From Actinomycetales bacterium (GTDB taxonomy: Bacteria; Actinomycetota; Actinomycetes; Actinomycetales; JBBRBF01), in the NCBI GenBank assembly GCA_038206105.1, contig JBBRBF010000016.1:655-64654 (forward strand): 64,000 nt of DNA. Direction: 5' to 3'. Below are positions 27,226-36,998 of the stretch, piece after piece. Each line of letters begins with the position of its first letter. The stretch's first letter is position 1. The notes beneath the pieces are model-generated. The model was not told the origin of the DNA. It was given only the letters and a program-made list of their open reading frames with translations, and ran no database searches. The position numbers were made by a program, and so were the translations under genes.

Positions 27226-28449
27226 GTGCCCGGCACCGCCCCCGCCACCCTGCTCGCCCTCCCGTCCACGCTGCTGGCCCCGGGCGCCGGCTCGACGGAG
27301 ACACCGACGCCGGCACCGACGCGGACGACGTCCGTGACGGAGGAGGCGCAGAGCGCCGTCACCAACCCGTGCGTCACCGGTGACGGCAGCTTCTGCGGCC
27401 TGCTGCGCGACGTCGGTGTCGGCGAGTCGTGGGCGCGGACCCTGACCGGGTACGGCGACACGGTGCTCCAGCTCGTGCTCATCGTCGTCGTCGGCCTCGT
27501 CGCCCGGTACCTGCTGCACAAGGCGATCGGGAGGCTCGCCGAGGGGATCGCCAGCGGGCGTACCGGCCTCGGCCGGCCGGGTGGGCACGCCGACGGCACC
27601 CGGAGCATCCGCAAGCGCGCCGCCGGTCTCGGCGAGGTGGCCCCCCTGGTCGGCGAGCGGCGCCAGCAGCGCGCCCGCACGATCGGGTCGGTGCTCAAGA
27701 GCATCACCACCGGCGCGGTCGCCGTCGTGGTGGTGCTGATGCTGCTCGGGGTGTTCGGGATCAACCTGGCGCCACTGATCGCCGGCGCCGGCGTGGTGGG
27801 CGTCGCCGTCGGGTTCGGCTCCCAGGCGCTGATCAAGGACTTCCTGTCCGGCATCTTCATGATCGTCGAGGACCAGTACGGCGTCGGCGACGTCGTCGAC
27901 GTCGGGGAGGCCACCGGAGCGGTCGAGGCGGTGGGGCTGCGGGTGACGCGGCTGCGCAGCGTCGACGGCACCGTCTGGTACGTCCGCAACGGCGAGATCC
28001 TGCGGGTCGGCAACCAGTCGCAGGGCTGGGCGCGCGCCGTCCTCGACATCGGCGTCGCCTACCACGAGGACGTCGTCCGCGTGCAGGACCTGCTGCGCGA
28101 CGTCGGCCGCGAGCTGTTCGCCGACGCCGACTGGGGCCCGCTGGTGCTCGAGGAGCCCGAGGTCTGGGGCGTCGAGGCGCTGTCCGCGGACTCCGTCGTG
28201 GTCCGGTTGGTGGTCAAGACGGCCCCGCTGGAGCAGTGGCGCGTGGCCCGCGAGGCCCGGCGCCGGATCAAGGCCACCTTCGACCGCGAGGGCGTCGAGA
28301 TCCCGTTCCCGCAGCGCGCCGTGTGGATGCGCACCGACGAGCCTCCGGCCCCGGCACGCGACACCGGGCCGGAGCGGCACGAGGCGCCGCCACGGGGGGA
28401 GGCCGACGTCGCCCACGACACCGAGCCGGACCCCTCCAAGGGGCTCTGA
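27226..28449 (+). CDS. mscS: Small-conductance mechanosensitive channel (MscS/YbiO-like)
   Basis: AGAGVVGVAVGFGSQALIKDFLSG, EDQYGVGD, DGTVWYVRNGEI, EIPFPQ. Confidence 0.93.
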   Translation: MPGTAPATLLALPSTLLAPGAGSTETPTPAPTRTTSVTEEAQSAVTNPCVTGDGSFCGLLRDVGVGESWARTLTGYGDTVLQLVLIVVVGLVARYLLHKAIGRLAEGIASGRTGLGRPGGHADGTRSIRKRAAGLGEVAPLVGERRQQRARTIGSVLKSITTGAVAVVVVLMLLGVFGINLAPLIAGAGVVGVAVGFGSQALIKDFLSGIFMIVEDQYGVGDVVDVGEATGAVEAVGLRVTRLRSVDGTVWYVRNGEILRVGNQSQGWARAVLDIGVAYHEDVVRVQDLLRDVGRELFADADWGPLVLEEPEVWGVEALSADSVVVRLVVKTAPLEQWRVAREARRRIKATFDREGVEIPFPQRAVWMRTDEPPAPARDTGPERHEAPPRGEADVAHDTEPDPSKGL

Positions 28450-28492
28450 TCCACGGCGAGCGATCCACGAGGCTCTGATCCACGGGGCTGTG
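28441..28492. repeat. Imperfect short tandem repeat at the mscS stop (GATCCACG core x3)
   Basis: GGCTCTGATCCACGG...GATCCACGA-GGCTCTGATCCACGG. Confidence 0.7.
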
Positions 28493-28589
28493 ACGCCGTC
28501 TCGGGGCTGCAACGCAGCGCCCCCCGAGTGCGAGGTGGCGCGCGCGCGGGGATGCTGGCCTGGTGAACGCCCCCGGCTACCACGCGACA

Positions 28590-30131
28590 GTGACCGACCT
28601 GCCGGACCTGCCCGGTCTGGGCGAGGGCCGGCTCGTGCTCGTCACCGGCGCCACCGGGTACATCGGCGGCCGGCTGATACCCGAGCTGCTGGACGCCGGT
28701 TTCCGGGTGCGGGCACTGGCCCGCGACCCGCACCGGCTCCGTGACCGGCCGTGGGCGGCCGACGTCGAGGTGGTGCAGGGCGACGCCACCGACCTGGAGT
28801 CGCTGCACGGCGCGCTCGACGGCGTCGAGGTGGCGTACTACCTGCTGCACTCCCTCGCCACCGGCTCGCGCTTCGAGGCCCTCGACCGGGAGATGGCCCG
28901 CACCTTCGGCCGCGCCGCCCGCGAGTGCGGTGTCGGGCGGATCGTCTACCTCGGCGGGCTGCACCCGGACAAGGAGGTGCTCTCCCCGCACCTGGACTCG
29001 CGCCGCGAGGTCGGGGACATCCTGCTCGCCAGCGGCGTGCCCACCACGGTGCTCGAGGCTGCGGTCATCATCGGGTCGGGGTCCGCCTCGTTCGAGATGC
29101 TCCGCTACCTCACCGAGCGGCTGCCGGTGATGGTCACCCCGCGGTGGGTGGACACCCGGATCCAGCCGATCGGCGTCCGCGACGTGCTGCGCTACCTCGT
29201 CGGCTCCTCGACGATGCCGCCGGAGGTGAACCGCACCTTCGACATCGGCGGGCCCGACGTCCTGACCTACCGGCAGATGATGCAGCGCTACGCGGCCATC
29301 TCCGGGCTTCCACCGCGGCGGATCGTGCCGGTGCCGGTGCTCACCCCGCGGCTGTCGAGCCACTGGGTGCAGGTGGTGACGCCGGTGCCGAACCGGGTCG
29401 CGCGCCCCCTGGTGCAGTCCCTGGTGCACGAGGTCGTGTGTACCGAGCACGACATCGAGCAGTACGTGCCGTCGCCGGCCGCCGGGCTGATGACCTTCGA
29501 GCGCGCCGTGGAGCTCGCCCTGACCCGGGTCCGCGAGCTCGACGTCTCGACGTCCTGGTCGCAGGCCTCGGTCCCCGGGATCGCCTCGGACCCGCTGCCG
29601 AGCGACCCGGACTGGGCCGGTGGGTCGCTGTACGTGGACGAGCGGTCGCAGGTCGTCGACGCGTCCCCGCGGGCGCTGTGGGGCGTGATCGAGGGCATCG
29701 GCGGGCAGAACGGCTGGTACTCCTGGTCCCTGGGCTGGCGGCTGCGGGGGCTGGCGGACCGCTTCGCCGGTGGCCCGGGGCTGCGCCGCGGCCGCCGCAA
29801 CCCAAACGACCTGTCGGTCGGGGACGCCCTCGACTGGTGGCGCGTCGAGGAGATCGAGGACTGCCGGCTGCTGCGCCTACGGGCCGAGATGCGGCTGCCG
29901 GGCCTGGCGTGGCTGGAGCTCCGCGTCGACACCGACGAGCAGGAGCGCACCGTGTTCACGCAACGCGCCCTGTTCCACCCTCGCGGCCTGCTCGGGCACG
30001 CCTACTGGGCCGCCGTCTACCCGTTCCACGGCATCGTGTTCGGGGGCATGCAGCGTAACGTGGCCGTCGCCGCGGAGACCGCCGAGGCCACGCACGAGGA
30101 GCCTCGCTGGCGGCCGTCGCGCTCGGCCTGA
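28590..30131 (+). CDS. NAD(P)-binding atypical SDR with C-terminal DUF2867 (YbjT-like)
   Basis: VTGATGYIGG, YYLLHS, SASFEM, GGQNGWY..., GDALDWWRV, AEMRLPG; start could be 28563. Confidence 0.9.
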   Translation: MTDLPDLPGLGEGRLVLVTGATGYIGGRLIPELLDAGFRVRALARDPHRLRDRPWAADVEVVQGDATDLESLHGALDGVEVAYYLLHSLATGSRFEALDREMARTFGRAARECGVGRIVYLGGLHPDKEVLSPHLDSRREVGDILLASGVPTTVLEAAVIIGSGSASFEMLRYLTERLPVMVTPRWVDTRIQPIGVRDVLRYLVGSSTMPPEVNRTFDIGGPDVLTYRQMMQRYAAISGLPPRRIVPVPVLTPRLSSHWVQVVTPVPNRVARPLVQSLVHEVVCTEHDIEQYVPSPAAGLMTFERAVELALTRVRELDVSTSWSQASVPGIASDPLPSDPDWAGGSLYVDERSQVVDASPRALWGVIEGIGGQNGWYSWSLGWRLRGLADRFAGGPGLRRGRRNPNDLSVGDALDWWRVEEIEDCRLLRLRAEMRLPGLAWLELRVDTDEQERTVFTQRALFHPRGLLGHAYWAAVYPFHGIVFGGMQRNVAVAAETAEATHEEPRWRPSRSA

Positions 30132-30134
30132 CGC

Positions 30135-30171
30135 GCCACCGCCCCAACCCGCTGCCACCGCCCCAACCCGC
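30135..30171. repeat. 19-bp tandem duplication in the intergenic region
   Basis: GCCACCGCCCCAACCCGC-T-GCCACCGCCCCAACCCGC. Confidence 0.85.
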
Positions 30172-30210
30172 CGTGTGGGTCGCGGGCTCGCTCGGAGAGC
30201 TCCGCGATCG

Positions 30211-31278
30211 GTGAGTCTCGCGTCCGTGGCCGACCTCCCCCTCCCACTGCTGCCCGGTGCCCACCGTCGCCGCGACCTCGCAGCCGCAGACATCCCGCCC
30301 GCCGAGGTCCGCTCGCCGCTGTGGACACAGGCGCTGCCCCGCCGCCACGCCTGGGCGGCTACCGACATCTCGCACCCACGGCAGCGTGCGCTCGTCGCGG
30401 CCTCGGTGCTCCCGGACGGCGGCGCGGTCGGGGGCTGGGCAGCCGCCTACCTCCTCGGCGCCCGACGGCTGGACGGCAGCACGCCGGCCCCCGACAGACT
30501 CGAGCCCGTGCTGCTGTGCATGGACCGCGAGCGACAGCGCCCCTGGTGGCCCGGGGTCCGGCCGTTCCGTAGCCACCTCGGCACCGGCGACGTCGCGGTC
30601 GCGGACGGCGTCCCGGTCACCTCCCCGCTGCGCACGGCGTTCGACCTGGCCCGGCTCGCACCTGGCGTCGCCGAGGCGGTCGTCGCCGACGTGCTGGCCC
30701 GCGACCTCGCTGTCGCACCCGGCGACGTCCGGGACTACGCACGGGCTCGGCCCCGGTGGCGCGGCACGCCGCAGGTCCGTCGCGCCACGCCGCTGGTCGA
30801 CGCCCGCAGCGCCTCGCTGCAGGAGACCAGGTTCCGCATGCTGTGGGTACTCGATGCGCGCCTGCCCCCGCCGATGTGCAACTGGCCCGTCCTGGACGGC
30901 GACGGGCACCTGCTGGGCATGGTCGACCTGCTCGACGCCGAGGCCGCGCTGTGCGGCGAGTACGACGGCGCCGACCACGCAGCCCCGGACCGCCGCTCCC
31001 TCGACCACGTCCGGCAGGAGCAGCTGCAGCTGCACGGCGTGGACGTCGTCCGCGTCGCCGGTCCCGACCTCGCCGCCCGGCGCCGCCGGACGGTGCAGCG
31101 CCTCCGCCGCCGGCACGCCCGGGGTGTGCAGCGCGACCGCGCACGGGACCGTTGGGCCCTCGCGCCGGCACCCGGCCCGCTCCCCCCCCCTGACTCGAGT
31201 GTGAGCCCTCTACCCGGGCCACCCGCGGTGACCGGCGGGGACACCGCCGCGGCGCCCCTGCGAGGATGGGCGCCGTGA
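30211..31278 (+). CDS. Actinobacterial AbiEi-like protein with a C-terminal DUF559/Vsr-like domain
   Basis: [41 protein letters not shown] pattern. Confidence 0.75.
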   Translation: MSLASVADLPLPLLPGAHRRRDLAAADIPPAEVRSPLWTQALPRRHAWAATDISHPRQRALVAASVLPDGGAVGGWAAAYLLGARRLDGSTPAPDRLEPVLLCMDRERQRPWWPGVRPFRSHLGTGDVAVADGVPVTSPLRTAFDLARLAPGVAEAVVADVLARDLAVAPGDVRDYARARPRWRGTPQVRRATPLVDARSASLQETRFRMLWVLDARLPPPMCNWPVLDGDGHLLGMVDLLDAEAALCGEYDGADHAAPDRRSLDHVRQEQLQLHGVDVVRVAGPDLAARRRRTVQRLRRRHARGVQRDRARDRWALAPAPGPLPPPDSSVSPLPGPPAVTGGDTAAAPLRGWAP

Positions 31279-31673
31279 GCGAGCCGTCCCCGCAGCAACA
31301 GAGCCTCTACGACGCCGTCGGCGGGCACGCGACGTTCGTCACGCTCGTGGACCGCTTCTACGACGGCGTCGCGACTGACCCGGTGCTCCGCCCGCTGTAC
31401 CCGGAGCAGGACCTCGCCCCCGCCGCCGAGCGGCTGCGGATGTTCCTGGAGCAGTACTGGGGCGGTCCGACCACGTACAGCGAGCAGCGTGGCCACCCCC
31501 GGCTGCGGATGCGCCACGCGCCGTTCAAGGTCAACCCGGACGCGCGGGACCGGTGGATCACCCACATGCGCGCCGCCGTCGACTCGCTCGACCTGGCGCC
31601 GCTGTACCACTCGCTGCTGTGGGACTACCTGGAGCGAGCCGCCCACAGCATGCTCAACACCTTCGAGGACTGA
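31275..31673 (+). CDS. glbO: Group II truncated hemoglobin
   Basis: [36 protein letters not shown]. Confidence 0.95.
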   Translation: MSEPSPQQQSLYDAVGGHATFVTLVDRFYDGVATDPVLRPLYPEQDLAPAAERLRMFLEQYWGGPTTYSEQRGHPRLRMRHAPFKVNPDARDRWITHMRAAVDSLDLAPLYHSLLWDYLERAAHSMLNTFED

Positions 31674-31740
31674 GCCCGCGACCCCGGTCGGGGGCCGGGC
31701 GATGTGCCCCACCCCCTGGCGCGGCTCCTACCCTTGGTCG

Positions 31741-33435
31741 GTGACGACACTCGACTCGCTCTCCCCTGCCCTCGACGACCGCTCGGCCACGGCCTGGTGG
31801 CGCGACGCCGTGATCTACCAGGTGTACCCGCTGTCGTTCGCGGACTCCGACGGCGACGGCGTCGGGGACCTGCCGGGCATCACCGCGCGCCTCGACCACC
31901 TCGCCGAGCTCGGGGTGGACGCCATCTGGCTCTCCCCCTTCTACGTCTCCCCCCGCGCCGACGCCGGCTACGACGTCGCCGACTACCGCGACATCGACCC
32001 CGTGTTCGGCACGCTGGCGGACGCCGACGCAATGCTGGCCCGCGCCCGGGAGCTCGGCCTGCGGGTGCTCGTCGACCTCGTCCCGAACCACACCAGCGAC
32101 GAGCACGCCTGGTTCCGCGCCGCGCTGGGGGCCGGCCGGGGGACGCCGGAGCGGGCGCGGTACATCTTCCGCGAGGGCCGGGGCGAGGACGGCGAGCAGC
32201 CGCCGAACGACTGGGGCAGCGTCTTCGGCGGGCCGGCGTGGACACGCGTGACCGAGCCCGACGGCTCCCCCGGGCAGTGGTACCTGCACCTGTTCGACGT
32301 CAAGCAGCCCGACCTCGACTGGTCGAACCCCGAGGTCTGGGAGGAGTTCCGCTCGGTGCTGCGGTTCTGGCTCGACCGCGGCGTCGACGGCTTCCGCGTG
32401 GACGTCGCCCACGGCCTGGTGAAGGCGCCGGGACTGCCCGACTGGAGCGAGGGACCCCGGATGCTCGACAGCGGCGTCGCGCAGGACGCCCCGCCGCCGA
32501 TGTGGGACCAGGAGGGCGTGCACGAGATCTACCGCGACTGGCACGCCGTCCTGGCCGAGTACGACGGCGACCGAGCGCTCGTCGCGGAGGCGTGGGTGCA
32601 GCCGCTGGCGCGGCTGGCCCGGTACGTGCGGCCCGACGAGATGCACCAGGCCTTCAACTTCGACTTCCTGCTCTCGCCGTGGCGGGCCGAGGACCTGCGG
32701 ACCGTCGTGACCGACTCGCTGCGCGAGATGGGTGCCGTCGGCGCCCCCGCGACGTGGGTCCTCAGCAACCACGACGTCGTCCGGCACACCTCGCGGCTCG
32801 GCCTACCGGTCGGCACGCCGAAGCCCAACGGCATCAACCGCGACAGCGCCGTGCAGCCCGACGACGAGGTCGGGCTGCGACGGGCCCGCGCGGCGACGCT
32901 TCTGATGCTGGCGCTGCCCGGCTCCTCCTACCTGTTCCAGGGCGAGGAGCTCGGGCTGCCGGAGCACGTCGCACTCGACAACGACGTCCGCCAGGACCCG
33001 ACGTTCGTGCGCAGCGAGGGCCTCGAGCTCGGTCGTGACGGGTGCCGGGTGCCGCTGCCGTGGGACCACGCCGCGCCCGCGTTCGGGTTCGGCCCCTCGG
33101 AGCGCACCTGGCTGCCGCAGCCGGAGTCGTTCGCGCGCCACGCCGCCGACCTGCAGCGGGGCGTCCCGGGATCGACGCTGGAGCTGTACCGCGCGGCGCT
33201 GCGGCTGCGCCGAGACCTGGGGCTCGGAGCCGGCGAGCTGCAGTGGCTCGACGGCTACGGCGAGGACGTCGTCGCGTTCCGCAGTGCCACGACGACCGTT
33301 GTCGCGAACCTGGGTGCCGAAACGATGGCGCTGCCGCGTGACGCCGAGGTGCTCGTCGTCAGCGGCGACCTCGTCACCGTCGACGGGGACCGGTCCGCCG
33401 TCCCCAGCGACACCACCGTGTGGCTGCGCGCCTGA
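31741..33435 (+). CDS. aglA: GH13 alpha-glucosidase
   Basis: WWRDAVIYQVYP, DLVPNHTSD, GFRVDVAHG, EAW, SNHD, QGEELGL; synteny with glbO. Confidence 0.92.
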   Translation: MTTLDSLSPALDDRSATAWWRDAVIYQVYPLSFADSDGDGVGDLPGITARLDHLAELGVDAIWLSPFYVSPRADAGYDVADYRDIDPVFGTLADADAMLARARELGLRVLVDLVPNHTSDEHAWFRAALGAGRGTPERARYIFREGRGEDGEQPPNDWGSVFGGPAWTRVTEPDGSPGQWYLHLFDVKQPDLDWSNPEVWEEFRSVLRFWLDRGVDGFRVDVAHGLVKAPGLPDWSEGPRMLDSGVAQDAPPPMWDQEGVHEIYRDWHAVLAEYDGDRALVAEAWVQPLARLARYVRPDEMHQAFNFDFLLSPWRAEDLRTVVTDSLREMGAVGAPATWVLSNHDVVRHTSRLGLPVGTPKPNGINRDSAVQPDDEVGLRRARAATLLMLALPGSSYLFQGEELGLPEHVALDNDVRQDPTFVRSEGLELGRDGCRVPLPWDHAAPAFGFGPSERTWLPQPESFARHAADLQRGVPGSTLELYRAALRLRRDLGLGAGELQWLDGYGEDVVAFRSATTTVVANLGAETMALPRDAEVLVVSGDLVTVDGDRSAVPSDTTVWLRA

Positions 33436-33441
33436 CCCACT

Positions 33442-33521
33442 CCCCTGCCCCCGTCCCCCCACCACCCCCCGGTGATCATGCATGTCGGGTACGGCCTGCG
33501 TACCCGACGCGCATGATCACC
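33442..33521. repeat. REP-like element A: four C-runs followed by a 23-bp-arm palindrome
   Basis: C4-TG-C5-GT-C6-ACCA-C6, then GGTGATCATGCATGTCGGGTACG-GCCTG-CGTACCCGACGCGCATGATCACC. Confidence 0.85.
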
Positions 33522-33553
33522 TAGGGGTGCTGGTGCGTGGCAGGCTGGGCACC

Positions 33554-34435
33554 GTGGAAAGGCCTCGCTGCGGCATCGTCGTCACGCCGATGCTGGACGC
33601 AGACGCGACCGCCGACGTCGCCCGCGCCGCCGAGCGCGCCGGCTGGGACGCCGTCTTCGTGTGGGAGGCGGTCTGGGGCCTCGACGCCTGGGTCCGGATG
33701 ACGGCCGCCGCCGCCGCGACGAGCACGATCCGGCTCGGCACGATGCTCACCCCGCTGCCCCGCGTTCGCCCCTGGGACCTGGCGTCCAGAGCGGTCACCC
33801 TGGACCGGTACAGCGGCGGGCGGTTGCAGCTGGCGGTGGGGATCGGCGCGCCGCACGAGGGCTGGACGGCGTTCGAGGCCGATCCGGGCCGACGCGAGCG
33901 GGCGCTGCTGCTGGACGAGGGCCTCGACGTCTACGACGGCCTGATGCGCGGCCAGCCGTTCGGCTACGACGGTCGCCGCTACCGGGTGCGACCGACGGAG
34001 TTCTTCCCGCCGCCGCCGCCCGTGCAACGCCCCCGGGTGCCGGTGTGGGTGGTCGGTGCGTGGGACGCCGAGTCCGCCGCGGCCACCGGTGACGGCACCA
34101 CCCCGTCGCTGCGACGCGCCGCCCGCTGGGACGGCGTGATCCCCACCGTTCTCGGACCGCCGACGACGGTGGGGGGCCTGGCAACACGGGTCCGGTCCCT
34201 GGCCGGCCCCGACGAGCTCGCCACGCTGCTGGAGGACACCCGCCGCGTCCGGGCCGCTGCGGGCCTGCCCTGGGAGGGCTTCGACGTCGTCCACGAGGCG
34301 GACGGCGGCCCCTCGAGCGCCGACGCCATGGCGCCGTGGGCCGATGCCGGCGTCACGTGGTGGCTGCAGAGCGACTGGGAGCACATGGACGCCGCGACCC
34401 TCGAGCGCCACGTGGACGCCGGTCCCCCGTTCTGA
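33554..34435 (+). CDS. LLM-class (luciferase-like) flavin-dependent oxidoreductase
   Basis: AERAGWDAVFVWE, IRLGTMLTPLPR.RPW.LA, TLDRYSGGRL.L.VG.G, PVWVVG, RAARWDG; start placed downstream of the palindrome. Confidence 0.9.
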   Translation: MERPRCGIVVTPMLDADATADVARAAERAGWDAVFVWEAVWGLDAWVRMTAAAAATSTIRLGTMLTPLPRVRPWDLASRAVTLDRYSGGRLQLAVGIGAPHEGWTAFEADPGRRERALLLDEGLDVYDGLMRGQPFGYDGRRYRVRPTEFFPPPPPVQRPRVPVWVVGAWDAESAAATGDGTTPSLRRAARWDGVIPTVLGPPTTVGGLATRVRSLAGPDELATLLEDTRRVRAAAGLPWEGFDVVHEADGGPSSADAMAPWADAGVTWWLQSDWEHMDAATLERHVDAGPPF

Positions 34436-34451
34436 CCACCCCGCCACACAC

Positions 34452-34565
34452 GTGATCATGCACGTCGGGTACGTGACGCGTACCCGACGTGCATGATCAC
34501 CGCGGGGTCGGGGGGCGGGGGCGTACCCGACGTGCATGATCACCGAGGGGGGCTGGGGACGGGGG
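34452..34565. repeat. REP-like element B: perfect 22-bp-arm palindrome, an extra right arm and G-tracts
   Basis: GTGATCATGCACGTCGGGTACG-TGACG-CGTACCCGACGTGCATGATCAC, second arm copy at 34522-34544, six G-runs. Confidence 0.9.
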
Positions 34566-34570
34566 TGCGG

Positions 34571-36058
34571 TCAGGGGACGGTGGCGCCGGTTGCCACGGA
34601 GGCGACTGTGGCGGCGGCGCCACGCTCGTGCAGCGAGCGCAGGGCCGCGGTGTACGCCGCCACGAAACGCTCGTCGTCCACCAGGTCCCCGAAGACCTCG
34701 CGGTCGGCGATGAACGCCGTCGCATCCTCGCGGTTTCGGGCGGCGCTGGCCATCAGCCGGTCGCGGAGCCGGTCCACGACTTGGATCGGCTCACCCTGCT
34801 CGTCGGTGCCCTCGGCGTAGCGCGCCCACGCCGCCACCACGAGCGCGGACCGCTCGATCTCCGCGCCGGTGGCGAGCTGGTGGCGGATCACGGGCAGCAG
34901 CCACTTCGGGATCCGGTCGGAGGACTCCGCGCAGAGCCGCGCCAGGGTGTCGCGGACCTCGGGGTTGGCGAACCGCTCGATCAGGGTCCGCCGGTAGGTG
35001 TCGAGCTCGACGCCCGGCACCGGGTCGAGGCTGGGAGTCCCCTCGTGCTCCATGTAGCCCAGCAGGAACTCCACGAACGTGGGGTCCGCGCACACGTCGT
35101 GGGCGTAGCGGTACCCGGCCAGGTAACCGAGGTAGCACAGGGACTGGTGCCCGGCGTTGAGCAGCCGCAGCTTCATCAGCTCGTAGGGGTGCACGTCGTC
35201 GACGACCTGGACGCCGACCTCCTCCACCGGTGGCCTGCCGGCGGCGAAGTCGTCCTCGAGCACCCACTGCGTGAAGGGCTCGCACACGACCGGCCAGCGG
35301 TCCTCGATGCCGAAGCGCTCGGCGAGCACGGCACGGTCGGTGTCGCTGGTGACCGGTGTGATCCGGTCGACCATGGAGCTCGGGAACCGCACGTGCTCGG
35401 CGACCCACTCCCCCAGCGCGGCGTCCTTGGCCCGGGCGAAGCCGATGACCGCCTTGCGCGCGACCTCGCCGTTGCCCTGGATGTTGTCGCACGACATCAC
35501 GGTCAGCGGCCCCACGCCGCGCTCGCGTCGCCGGGCCAGCCCCTCGGTCAGCAGCCCGAGGAACGAGGCCGGGACGGCGCCGGGCGACAGGTCCGCCCGC
35601 ACCCCAGGGTCGCGCTCGTCGAGCTCGCCGGTCTCCGGGTGCGTCGGGTAGCCGCCCTCGGTGACGGTGAGGGACACCACCCGCACCTGTGGCGAGGCGA
35701 TCCGTTCGACCACGGCCGCCGGGTCGTCGGGTGCGAAGAGGTACTCGACCATCGAACCCACCACGTGGGGCTCGAGCGTGCCGTCCGGGTGCTTCACGAC
35801 GAGGGTGAACAGGCAGTCCTGCGCCGCCATCGCGTCCCGCATCGCGGTGTCCCCCGGCAGCACACCGACGCCGCAGACCCCCCAGTCCAGGGCTGAGCCG
35901 GCGTTCATCAGGGCGTCGAGGTACATCGCCTGGTGCGCCCGGTGGAAGCCCCCGACGCCGAAGTGGACGATGCCGACCGAGACGGCGTCGCGGTCGTACG
36001 AGGGCACGGGCACCCTCCCGCCGACGTCCGGCAGGCCGGCGGTGGACAGAGCGGTCAT
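34571..36058 (-). CDS. Mannitol dehydrogenase family (mannitol/D-arabinitol 2-dehydrogenase)
   Basis: IVHFGVGGFHRAHQ, SLTVTEGGY, SCDN, SMVDRITP, KLRLLNAGH, DRIPK; AAGGAG RBS. Confidence 0.95.
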   Translation of the reverse strand: MTALSTAGLPDVGGRVPVPSYDRDAVSVGIVHFGVGGFHRAHQAMYLDALMNAGSALDWGVCGVGVLPGDTAMRDAMAAQDCLFTLVVKHPDGTLEPHVVGSMVEYLFAPDDPAAVVERIASPQVRVVSLTVTEGGYPTHPETGELDERDPGVRADLSPGAVPASFLGLLTEGLARRRERGVGPLTVMSCDNIQGNGEVARKAVIGFARAKDAALGEWVAEHVRFPSSMVDRITPVTSDTDRAVLAERFGIEDRWPVVCEPFTQWVLEDDFAAGRPPVEEVGVQVVDDVHPYELMKLRLLNAGHQSLCYLGYLAGYRYAHDVCADPTFVEFLLGYMEHEGTPSLDPVPGVELDTYRRTLIERFANPEVRDTLARLCAESSDRIPKWLLPVIRHQLATGAEIERSALVVAAWARYAEGTDEQGEPIQVVDRLRDRLMASAARNREDATAFIADREVFGDLVDDERFVAAYTAALRSLHERGAAATVASVATGATVP

Positions 36059-36104
36059 CGTCGGGCTCCTTCGCACGTGGTGACGGTCCGGGCGACTCGT
36101 CGGG

Positions 36105-36998
36105 TCACTTGATCGCCCCCATCGAGAGGCCGCGCACCAGCTGCTTCTGGGCGACCCAGCCGGCGATGATGACCGGCAGCGAGGCGAGCGTCGCGGCTGC
36201 TGACAGCTGGGCGAAGAACAGGCCCTGGCTCGTGATGAAACCGACGAGGTAGACGGGCACGGTGCTCGCCGCCGACGCCGTCAGGTTCACCGCGAAGAAG
36301 AACTCGTTCCACGCGAAGATGACGCAGATGAGGGCGGTGGCCGCGATGCCGGGTCCGACCATCGGCAGCATCACGTAGCGCCACGTCTTCATCAGACCGG
36401 CGCCGTCCATCTGCGCGGCCTCCAGGACCTCTCCGGGGATCTCCTGCATGAAGGACCGCATCATCCACAGCGCGATCGGCAGGTTCATCGACGTGTAGAG
36501 CACGATGAGCAACCCGATGCTGTCGATCGCTTTGATCTGGCCGGCGATCACGTAGAGCGGCACGATGACCGCCACGACGGGCAGCATCTTGGTGGAGATC
36601 GCGAAGAACAGCACGTCCTGCGTCTTCTTCACCGGTCGGATGGACAGCGCGTAGGCGGCGGGCACCCCGAGCACGAGCACCAGCAGCGTGGACAGCACGG
36701 TCGCCACCATCGAGTTGACGAAGAACGGTGCACCGCGGTCGAGCACCGTGGCGAACTGCTCCAATGTCGGGGTGAAGAACAGGTTCGGAGTCTCGGTGTA
36801 CGCGTCCGCCTCGTTCTTGAAGCCGGTGACCACCATCCAGAACACCGGGAAGAAGAACAGGCCTGCGAGCACCCACGTGAGGACGGTCAGCGCGGTCCCC
36901 TTGGAGCCCCCGCCGGAGGGGGTACGCCCCGGGGCGCGGGGCGCGCGGGACGGGCGGGTGCCGGCGCTGTCGCCGGCCGTCTGTGCCTGCGTGCTCAT
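36105..36998 (-). CDS. Polyol ABC transporter permease (SmoG/MtlG-like)
   Basis: EAA motif EVLEAAQMDGA, FAWNEFFFA. Confidence 0.93.
   Translation of the reverse strand: MSTQAQTAGDSAGTRPSRAPRAPGRTPSGGGSKGTALTVLTWVLAGLFFFPVFWMVVTGFKNEADAYTETPNLFFTPTLEQFATVLDRGAPFFVNSMVATVLSTLLVLVLGVPAAYALSIRPVKKTQDVLFFAISTKMLPVVAVIVPLYVIAGQIKAIDSIGLLIVLYTSMNLPIALWMMRSFMQEIPGEVLEAAQMDGAGLMKTWRYVMLPMVGPGIAATALICVIFAWNEFFFAVNLTASAASTVPVYLVGFITSQGLFFAQLSAAATLASLPVIIAGWVAQKQLVRGLSMGAIK

Noticed and set aside
25546-28512. 988-aa minus-strand ORF
   Set aside because: Shadow of prolyl oligopeptidase and mscS with no motifs
30211-31278. Type IV toxin-antitoxin or Abi defence system
   Set aside because: No AbiEii nucleotidyltransferase partner is adjacent
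33482-33553. ORF-track N-terminus of the LLM gene (MSGTACVPDAHDH)
   Set aside because: It is just the palindrome translated; family homology begins after 33554
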